Of a DNA stretch of 64,000 bases, positions 1-7,700 are shown in pieces (the first letter of the stretch is position 1; each line of letters opens with the position of its first letter). Source of the stretch: Candidatus Eiseniibacteriota bacterium (lineage in GTDB: Bacteria; Eisenbacteria; RBG-16-71-46; CAIMUX01; VGJL01). Under the pieces are notes generated by a model. The model made no database searches, was not told where the DNA came from, and saw nothing but the letters and a program-made list of their open reading frames with translations. The position numbers and the translations under genes were made by a program. The stretch spans positions 32,001 through 96,000 of the forward strand of contig CAWBWI010000005.1 in NCBI GenBank assembly GCA_963792585.1, written 5' to 3'.

Positions 1-11
1 ACGAGGATTTC

Positions 12-201
12 ATCGCAAATCAAATCCGTGTCATCCTCATCATCCGTCTAAATCTGTGATCAGAGTTGATCGCAATTAAAATCGCAAATCAAATCCGTGT
101 CATCCGTTCATCCGTCTAAATCCGTGATCAGAGTTGATCGCAATTAAAATCGCAAATCAAATCCGTGTCATCCGTTCATCCGTCTAAATCCGTGATCAGA
201 G
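12..201. repeat. ~68-bp tandem repeat, about 2.8 copies
   Basis: Units start at 12, 81 and 149 (ATCGCAAATCAAATCCGTGTCATCCGTTCATCCGTCTAAATCCGTGATCAGAGTTGATCGCAATTAAA). Copy 1 has small variants; copy 3 is partial and overlaps the amt stop codon at 196-198. Confidence 0.95.
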
Positions 202-1668
202 ATCAGATTTTTGAGAGCGATGTTTTTCTTCTTCTTCCACAAATAGCTCAACTGCATAGACATCAGGCCAGACTGTAGCGCCATGTTCATATGCATCAAT
301 ACCAATTTCATCAGCTTTGGGATTAACACGCAGGTGTCCAATCGCTTTCAGTCCACCAAACATCAAAAAGGCGAAGGCGACGGTGAAAACCACAATTGCA
401 GCTATACCAATCAGCTGAATGCCTAATAATCTAAACCCACCTCCCATAAACAGCCCATTCAGTCCAACGGTTTCACCATCTGGCTTGTTGGTTAAAGATG
501 CCACCCCGAAGAAACCGATTGATAAAGTACCCATCATGCCATTAATGCCATGAACAGCAAAGGCTCCCACTGGATCATCAATGTGGAGTGACTCGATTAA
601 ATCTACTCCCACTACAACCAAAATTCCACCGAGTAGTCCAATTAAAACCGCAGCCCAAGGAGCAACGTATGCACAAGGAGCCGTGACTGCCACTAATCCA
701 GCCAGAGAACCATTCAGACAATAGATCAAATCCCACTTACCTGAACGGATAAACTGAAACATAATCGCTGCGATCGCGCCTGCACCTGCTCCCAGTGATG
801 TATTGATGGTGACTAAGCCAATTAATCCTGTATTAGCCGTGCCCAGAGTTGAACCAGGGTTAAATCCATACCAGCCAAACCAGAGAATCATCGTTCCCAA
901 AGTTGCTAAACCTAAGTTGTGCGCCGGAGGAAGTGTTCCCCAAGGAGTACGCCCAGGACGGGGACCAAGTAAATAAGCACCTACCAAGGCTGTCCAACCA
1001 CCAACAGTGTGAACTACGGAACTACCAGCGAAGTCATCATATCCAAGCTTGAACAGCCAACCTTGACTGTTCCATACCCAGTGAACAATGATTGGGTAGC
1101 TGACAGCCCCCATGACTGCACTATATATTAAATCACCAATAAAGTCCGTCCTTCCCGCCATTGCACCAGTGGTAATGGTACTGGCAGTGGCGGCGAAAGC
1201 AAATTGGAAGAAGAACAAGGTATATGTGTTAATAGCAGCAGTAGAACCAGGTGCTCCCATTGGGTAGCTACCATCAGCACCAGGTAAATGACTCAGAAAA
1301 AATGTATCTGTGCCGATAAAACCACCTGCACTTGTACCGAAAGCAATACCAAAACCAATGCCCCACCAAACTAAAATGGTAACAGCAGCGTCAATGAAGT
1401 TTTCTAATAAGGCATTAACTACTCCTCTTTGGCGGAGTAAGCCTGCCTCCAACATAGAAAAGCCGGTTTGCATGAAAAATACTAAAAACCCGGTGAGCAA
1501 TACCCAGGTAGTATCAATAGATACTTGTAATTTTGTTGTAGTATCTGCTAACGATTGAACAGTGGGAGGGTCCGCCGCGTGAACAATTGTCGGGGCAAAA
1601 ACTGCAAACACCATTGAACCGATTGCTAACGCCAGTAGGCGATGCCAAGGTCGAACTTTCTGATTCAT
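196..1668 (-). CDS. amt: Ammonium transporter (Amt family)
   Basis: Motifs FFMQTGFSMLEAG, FQFAFAA, DFAGSSVVHTVGG, WFGWYGFNPGS, NGSLAGLVAVT and IDDPVGAFAVHG; multiple TM helices. ATG at 1668 (MNQKVR) preferred over the ORF-track start at 1722. Confidence 0.96.
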   Translation of the reverse strand: MNQKVRPWHRLLALAIGSMVFAVFAPTIVHAADPPTVQSLADTTTKLQVSIDTTWVLLTGFLVFFMQTGFSMLEAGLLRQRGVVNALLENFIDAAVTILVWWGIGFGIAFGTSAGGFIGTDTFFLSHLPGADGSYPMGAPGSTAAINTYTLFFFQFAFAATASTITTGAMAGRTDFIGDLIYSAVMGAVSYPIIVHWVWNSQGWLFKLGYDDFAGSSVVHTVGGWTALVGAYLLGPRPGRTPWGTLPPAHNLGLATLGTMILWFGWYGFNPGSTLGTANTGLIGLVTINTSLGAGAGAIAAIMFQFIRSGKWDLIYCLNGSLAGLVAVTAPCAYVAPWAAVLIGLLGGILVVVGVDLIESLHIDDPVGAFAVHGINGMMGTLSIGFFGVASLTNKPDGETVGLNGLFMGGGFRLLGIQLIGIAAIVVFTVAFAFLMFGGLKAIGHLRVNPKADEIGIDAYEHGATVWPDVYAVELFVEEEEKHRSQKSDL

Positions 1669-1940
1669 TGTTGTATTTCCTGCTAGGAAAGCAGTCGTTA
1701 ATGTTGCGAAGATGTCTACCAAAATAAATTAATTTAAACAGAGAACTTACACAAGCGTTTAGCCAAAATTTGATCGCATCAAATCTATTAGAGTGTCAGA
1801 GAGTTAGTTATTTTGTTTTAGAGCCTACCCCTGAGTAAAGATTTTTTAACGCTACCCATTCACCGGAACAAACTAGATTTATTTTGCCTTTATGTCAATA
1901 GATAATTTGAATGATTTTCTATTTACTAGAATTGAAATTC

Positions 1941-1956
1941 TGTATCAGAAAATACA
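1941..1956 (-). promoter_or_regulatory. NtcA-binding site (TGTA-N8-TACA) upstream of amt
   Basis: TGTATCAGAAAATACA matches the cyanobacterial GTA-N8-TAC consensus, about 270 bp upstream of the amt start. amt genes are established NtcA targets. The downstream -10 element is only a weak match. Confidence 0.8.
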
Positions 1957-2239
1957 TTTTTGATTTTAGAGTTGTAAATAATACTCTGACGTTAGGATTA
2001 AAATTCACTTTATCCCTTATAGGCTCTGGATTTGCTGTATTCAGAATTAAACAATAAACAATATTATTTTTTTATATGTTGATTTCTAATTTATAATTCT
2101 TAGTTATTACCCATTCCTCAAACAGTAGGAAAGGGGGGATATTCAAATCTGAAATACTATTGACGGCTGTAATAAATACCACAATTGATTAACTTATTTA
2201 GGTTCTTCGGTACTTGTTATGCTAAATCGATAATTTGAC

Positions 2240-2274
2240 AACAGGGAACTCTTAACTGGGAACTCTTAACTGGG
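2240..2274. repeat. Short heptamer-based tandem repeat (STRR-like)
   Basis: AACAGGGAACTCTTAACTGGGAACTCTTAACTGGG has a 14-bp period built from 7-mers, like the short intergenic repeats of filamentous cyanobacteria. Confidence 0.65.
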
Positions 2275-2371
2275 TAAAGAGAGAATATGCTGAAGTAATC
2301 AACAGGTATATTGAAGACCCTCGCCACGGTTAATTTTCACAGCGCATAAATTCGCCGTTGGCAATAATTGA

Positions 2372-3420
2372 TTAAATATCCAATACAACTTTGGATGTGC
2401 CTGGTTGAGAAATACAAATCAACACTGAACCTTTATCCGTTGTGGCAGTTGGTTCTTGTTGATAAGCAACTTCGCCTGCTTGGATTTTACACATACATGT
2501 CCCGCAAACACCAACACGACAACTAAAAGAAGGATTAATCCCGTTCGCTTCAGCGAATTCTAAAATACTGCCATCTCCAGGTTGCCAATTCAAAGTTTTA
2601 CCAGATTTGACAAAGACAATTTCTACAACTTCCGCCCCCACGGTTTCAATTGTGGTTTGTTTCTCAGCAGCAGTTTTCATGGGTTTACCGAAAGACTCAA
2701 AGAAAACTCGACTTTCTGGTACTCCCGATGCCTTGAGTCCGTCCATGATAGACTCCATAAAAGGTGGAGAACCACACAAATAATACTCGGCTTCTTGTTT
2801 GACTAGCTCTTGAATTAACGTCGCATTCACATAACCAACACTGTGATATTTACCTTCATCTTCAGGTAAAGGACGGCTATAGCGAAAATGCACATTTAAG
2901 TGAGGATTCTGTTGGGCAAGTTCGATAACTTCATGCCCAAGAGCATGGAATTGGCTATCTCTTGTACCATGTACAAACCAAATCTGTCGATTAGAGTTGA
3001 GGCTGGTTGCAAGCTTTAGCCATACTAATCATGGGGGTAATGCCTACACCATTACTAATCAACACCACAGGTATGGACTTTTGCACATCTAAAACAAACT
3101 TACCGTTTGGTGGTTTAGCTAGAATAATCGTACCCTCTTGAACAAAATTGTGCATAAAATTAGATGCTATACCCGGCGGTACATCTAATTCTTTCGGTGC
3201 AGGTTCTTTCTTAATAGATAGCCGATAGTAATTACAAGGTTCAGGATAATCTGACAGAGAGTAGGTGCGTATTGTTGGCTTATCTTGTCCAGGAATATCT
3301 AGTTTGATAGTTAAAAATTGCCCAGGTTGAAAGTTAGGAATTTCACCTTTGTCTTCAGGTTGTAAGTAGAAAGAAGTAATTTCCTCGCTTTCTTTCACCT
3401 TGCGAACGACTACAAAATTC
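2372..3420 (-). CDS. FAD/NAD-binding oxidoreductase with C-terminal 2Fe-2S ferredoxin; 5'-truncated at the junction, one frameshift near 3005
   Basis: ORF 2991..3641 has FQPGQFLT, RTYSLSD and GVGITPM. Removing one base near 3005 continues into LNSNRQIWFVHGTRD and joins ORF 2372..2893 (YLCGSPPFM; CRVGVCGTC...C 2Fe-2S motif). Confidence 0.9.
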
Positions 3421-4788
3421 GTTGAACATCGTTGAGGGATTGTACAGCAGAATCCCGTCGGTGAAGACACGTTGCTCGTCTCGGTCGTTGCTCTTGTCAT
3501 CGTAGAAATACTGCAGAAGCGAGAGCTCGTTGGTCGCCTGAACCTGGACCTTCGTCCCGAGCTGGCGTCTGAGAACGTTGCGCAACCGACGGTTCGTCTG
3601 CCTGAAGTCGGCGGTCTCCTCGAGGACGTTCTTCGACTCATCGAGCTGCAGGCTCGACTCGATCTCGAGCCCGGAGAGGAGCAGGAGGAAGGAGGGAATT
3701 TTCAGGCGTCCGTTGATCTTTTCCGAGTCGGTTCGCTTGAAGAAATCGCGCACCTGGAGTTTGTAGTTCGCCTGGAGGTCCTGCCTCGTGTAGTCGCCGT
3801 GCAGGGTGGCATCCTTCCTCGGGTTCCAGTCGAACGAGGCCCCGACCCCGTGGTCCTCCCCCACCTTCGATTCCTGGCCGCCGTTGCTGTTGTTCGCCTG
3901 GATGTCCCAGTACTGGTTGGTTTCGTCGTTCAAATGCCCCTGGACATTCGCCCGCAAGACCTCCCCTCGGGAATAGTCGAGGCTGCCCTGCAGGTTCTTC
4001 CTGCGGTTGTCGGTCGACTCCTTCGAATCGTTGTTGATGCCCCCGGTGAGGACGTCCCGCTGGCGCGTCTCGGAGTCGCCGGTGCTGCGGTCGGTCATGA
4101 GCCGGGTCGACATGCGAAACGCGCGCACGTTGCCGTCGAGCGCTACGTCGTAGTGCCGGAAGATCCCGGTCACGCGGGTGGAATCGAGCAGCTTCTGGCG
4201 GCGGCTGACGCTCCGATCGCTGCTGAGCCCCGAGCTGGCCGAGGTCGTGAGATTGAACTCGCGCAGGAACGGAACGAGGCGGTGCATGGCGCCGTTGGGC
4301 AGCCGGCTCGCGACGGAGAGCCCGAAGTCCGACTTGTTCTCCACCTGATCGCGGCGGTTGATGGGGGGCGGCGTTCCTTTGTACGTCGAGAACGACCCGT
4401 CGCGGCGAAACTCTCCGTCCAGACCGACGGTCCAATCGCCGTATTCCTTCAGGAGGTAGTTGAGGCCGAACTTCATCTCGCCGCGCTTCGCACGGAGGTC
4501 GTTCTGGTTCTTGTCCTTTCGGAGACCGACCGACCAGCTGTTCGTGAGGTCGAACACGCCGACCCGCCTCGCGTAGTTGAGACTCTGGTCCCATGCACGG
4601 GACGTGCGGTTGACGGAGTATCCCGTCGAATACGATGGGTGGAAGTTGATCGCATTGAGGAATCCGGGGGGGCGGAGGCTGTCGGGCTTGGCGTTACGGA
4701 TCGGCGCCGCGGTAACCATCCCCGCCCCCGCGAGGGCGGAGAACAGGGCACCGAGCAAGCCGAGAACCCTCGTGAAACGAATGGTCAC
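3421..4788 (-). CDS. Secreted/outer-membrane protein (possible beta-barrel), 3'-truncated at the junction
   Basis: N-terminal signal peptide, alternating polar/aromatic beta-strand pattern and high-GC codon usage. The last ~21 residues (to the stop at 3355) are read-through into the AT-rich segment. Confidence 0.65.
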
Positions 4789-4916
4789 CTCCCTGGAGTG
4801 TTTCGGCGATGAGCGCCGGTTTCGTAACGCTAGGGGACCCGCCGCCGGGGTTCAAGCTGGGCCTCCTCAAGCATCCCCCCCGTCCGGCCGATGAATCCGT
4901 AGGAGAAGGGGGATCG

Positions 4917-6284
4917 ATGCGACCCAACTGCGTCTGGCTCGCCAAGCTGAGCCCTGAGAACCTGCGATTCGTCCGAAACACGCTGGAACCGCTCGCCTGG
5001 CCGGTTCGCGATCTGCCGCCCTCGGGGGCGGCGGAGGATACCACACCGGAAGGGGGAATCGAGGTCCTCGCAATCGAGGCCCCGGGTTCCTCGGCCGAAC
5101 CGATCGCGACCCGGATGCCCACCCTCTGGCTCGTGCCCCCCTCCGGCGTCGTGCCCCGGGCGGCGGGAGCGGGTCCCCACGAGTTCATTCGACTCCCGGC
5201 CCCGGGCGAGGAACTGACCGCGCGCCTGCTGTCCCTGGTTCGCGCGGCGCAACGCGAGAGGGAGCTCCGTCGCTCCGAGCAGGAGGCGGCCCGCGCGGTG
5301 GAGCGACGCCGCGGCATGGTCCTCACCCTCGCGCACCGGGTCGGATCTCCTTTGAGCGCCGTGATCGAGGCCCTGGAGATGCTGGCCGACGGAACGGCCG
5401 GGACGATCAGCCCCCAGCAACGCGAGATCGTCCAGCTCGGACAGAGCTCCGCGCGCCATGTCGGGGAGCGGCTCGAGGAGATGGTCGACGCGGCGCGGGC
5501 CGAGGCGGGCATCTCGCTCGAGATGCGACTCGCCGAGACCGACCTGCGCCCCCTCCTGCAGGATCTTCAGGATTGGGCGATGCCCAGGCTTCGCGGGAAG
5601 GGGCAACGGCTCGCCGTTCAGATGTCGCCGCGCGCCCCGACGGTCTGCTGTGATCGGGAAAGGCTCGGGCAGGCCCTGCGCCATCTGGTCGAGAACGCGA
5701 ATCGCTTCACCCCACCGGGAGGGAACGTCGAGATCGGCGTCGCCTTCGACCCGGACCGAACGGGGTTCGTGCGGATCACGGTCGCCGACGACGGACCCGG
5801 AATCGAGCTCGGTCAGCGGGAGCGCCTCTTCGAGCCGTTCTCTCCGCCGCCCGCCCGCGATCCCGAAGGGGCCCCCTTCGGCATCGGGCTCGTGCTGGCG
5901 CGCGCCATCGCGTCCTCGTCGGGCGGGAGCCTCTGCATCCTGGAGGTCGATGCGCGCGGGACCGCGGTCGCGCTGAGCCTTCCGGCGTGGCGATCGCGCG
6001 CGGCGAGGATCGCCGAAATCCAGGCGCGGCTCGCCGCGCCTGACGCGCTTCCCGGCTCTTCATGGGTTTGCCGCCGGTGCAGCGCGGCCGGCGGCCCGCC
6101 GGGGGCCGGCTGGACCCTGAGCCGGGGCGAGACGATCCTCGTCAGCGAGGATCCCCCGTCGGATCTGTACAGACTCGGGCGCGTCCGCGACTTCCGGGAG
6201 CCGGGATCGCTTGCGCGCGCCCTCGAGCCACGACTCGAGTTCCACCCTCTCGGTTCGGTCGAGAGCGTAAAGGAGGAAGCATGA
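4917..6284 (+). CDS. Sensor histidine kinase with degenerate receiver-like N-terminus
   Basis: H-box-like LAHRVGSPL, N-box HLVENA, G1 DDGPGI, F-box LFEPF, G2 FGIGL. An AGGAG-containing RBS precedes ATG 4917. Confidence 0.88.
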   Translation: MRPNCVWLAKLSPENLRFVRNTLEPLAWPVRDLPPSGAAEDTTPEGGIEVLAIEAPGSSAEPIATRMPTLWLVPPSGVVPRAAGAGPHEFIRLPAPGEELTARLLSLVRAAQRERELRRSEQEAARAVERRRGMVLTLAHRVGSPLSAVIEALEMLADGTAGTISPQQREIVQLGQSSARHVGERLEEMVDAARAEAGISLEMRLAETDLRPLLQDLQDWAMPRLRGKGQRLAVQMSPRAPTVCCDRERLGQALRHLVENANRFTPPGGNVEIGVAFDPDRTGFVRITVADDGPGIELGQRERLFEPFSPPPARDPEGAPFGIGLVLARAIASSSGGSLCILEVDARGTAVALSLPAWRSRAARIAEIQARLAAPDALPGSSWVCRRCSAAGGPPGAGWTLSRGETILVSEDPPSDLYRLGRVRDFREPGSLARALEPRLEFHPLGSVESVKEEA

Positions 6285-6679
6285 AGCCCAAGAGGATCCT
6301 CGTCGTCGACGACGAGCCGGATCTCGTTCGCGCGCTCGGGCTGCGGCTCTCCAGCCGCGGCTATGAGGTCCTCACGGCGTTCGACGGAGTCCAGGCGATG
6401 TCCCGCATCCAGAAGGAGCGACCCGACCTGGTCCTGCTCGACATCCACCTGCCGGCGGGAAACGGCTATCGGGTCTGCGAGAGGATGCGGGCGAGCGCCG
6501 GGGCAAAGGAAACACCGGTCATCGCCCTGACGGCCGATCCGTCCGCCGAGGCGGAGAAACGCTGCCACGAGCTAGGCTGCGCCGACTTCTTCCGCAAGCC
6601 GTACGACCCGAAGCAATTGATGGAAGCGGTCACGCGCGCGCTCGATTTTCCGCCCGTGGGTGCCGATAGAGAAGTGTAG
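6281..6679 (+). CDS. Single-domain response regulator (receiver)
   Basis: ILVVDDE, PDLVLLDI, IALTA and FRKP motifs; AGGAGG RBS; ATGA overlap with the kinase stop. Confidence 0.94.
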   Translation: MKPKRILVVDDEPDLVRALGLRLSSRGYEVLTAFDGVQAMSRIQKERPDLVLLDIHLPAGNGYRVCERMRASAGAKETPVIALTADPSAEAEKRCHELGCADFFRKPYDPKQLMEAVTRALDFPPVGADREV

Positions 6680-6700
6680 ATTCCGCGGAGACCACCGCGA

Positions 6701-6750
6701 CAAGGCCGGGGCCTGCAGGGGTTTGATCTCTCCTGCCCCCCGGCTCCTTG
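6701..6750. terminator. Long imperfect hairpin between convergent genes
   Basis: CAAGG-CCGGGG..GCAGGGG pairs with CTCCTGC-CCCCGG..CCTTG. No clear U-tract. Confidence 0.4.
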
Positions 6751-6808
6751 TTTTCCGAAAGTTCTCCGATGGGCGCGATGCCCGCGCCGGATCGCCGGAC
6801 GGGATGCG

Positions 6809-7540
6809 CTAGGCGAGGCCCCCGAGCTTCTTTTCGGCGACCAGGCAGTTCGCCCGATAGAGGCTCTCGAAGGTCCCCGCGTCGGTCCACCATCCCTTGA
6901 GAACGTCGAACGTCATCTCGCTCTTACGGATGTAGGCGTTGTTCACGTCGGTGATCTCGAGCTCGCCGCGGTGGGACGGCTTGAGGGTGGGGATCATCTC
7001 GAAGACCCACGTGTCGTAGAAGTAGATGCCGGTCACGGCGAAGCGGGACTTCGGACGCGCCGGCTTCTCCTCGATCCCGACGACGCGCTCGCCGTCGATC
7101 TCCGCCACGCCGAAACGCTCCGGATCGTCGACTTCCTTGAGCAGGATCTTCGCGCCCGACTTCTGGGCGCGGAACGATTCGACGTACGGGGAGATGTCCT
7201 CTTCGAGGATGTTGTCGCCGAGGATCACGACGATCGGCTCACCCTCGGCGAAGTAGCGGGCCAGTCCAAGCGCCTCGGCGATGCCGCCGTCACCTTCCTG
7301 ATAGGCGTAGTCGAGGTGGGTGAGACCGAACGCCTTGCCGTTGCCCAGCAGGCGGAGGAAGTCGCCCGCGTTGTTGTCCCCCGTGACGAGGAGGATGTCC
7401 TTCATGCCCGCGCGGACCAGCGTCTCGATCGGGTAGTAGATCATCGGCTTGTCGTAGATGGGCAGCAGGTGCTTGTTCGTGACCTTGGTCAGGGGAGCAA
7501 GGCGCGTGCCGAGCCCACCGGCGAGAACGACCCCTCTCAT
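6809..7540 (-). CDS. Glucose-1-phosphate thymidylyltransferase family (short RmlA/SpsI-like)
   Basis: GVVLAGGLGTRL, NKHLLPIYDKPMIYYP, EEKP, RGELEITD and WTDAGT motifs. Confidence 0.93.
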   Translation of the reverse strand: MRGVVLAGGLGTRLAPLTKVTNKHLLPIYDKPMIYYPIETLVRAGMKDILLVTGDNNAGDFLRLLGNGKAFGLTHLDYAYQEGDGGIAEALGLARYFAEGEPIVVILGDNILEEDISPYVESFRAQKSGAKILLKEVDDPERFGVAEIDGERVVGIEEKPARPKSRFAVTGIYFYDTWVFEMIPTLKPSHRGELEITDVNNAYIRKSEMTFDVLKGWWTDAGTFESLYRANCLVAEKKLGGLA

Positions 7541-7700
7541 CGTCTTCCTCCGTTCGTGGCGTCCGTCCGCATCGATAGGTCGCGATGATATCACGACGAC
7601 GGGAGCCCCGGTCCGGCTCGTTCCGCGGGGCCCGGGCGCCGTCGGTTCCGGAGGCCCCGCGCATGGCCGGTGGTATCGTGATGGGAAGGAGGGAGGCGCC

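Noticed and set aside
12..201. CRISPR array
   Set aside because: Units are contiguous near-identical copies with no unique spacers, and no cas genes are present.
770..777. HIP1 octamer GCGATCGC as evidence of cyanobacterial origin
   Set aside because: I noticed only one copy in the AT-rich part, and the same octamer occurs repeatedly in the high-GC part, so it does not discriminate.
1..3420. Mobile element or genomic island explaining the AT-rich segment
   Set aside because: No transposase, integrase, att site or terminal repeats; genes on both sides are cut mid-frame.
2991..3641. ORF 2991..3641 as a complete novel protein
   Set aside because: Its first ~74 residues are an off-frame reading of the high-GC gene across the junction; only the part below ~3420 is real oxidoreductase.
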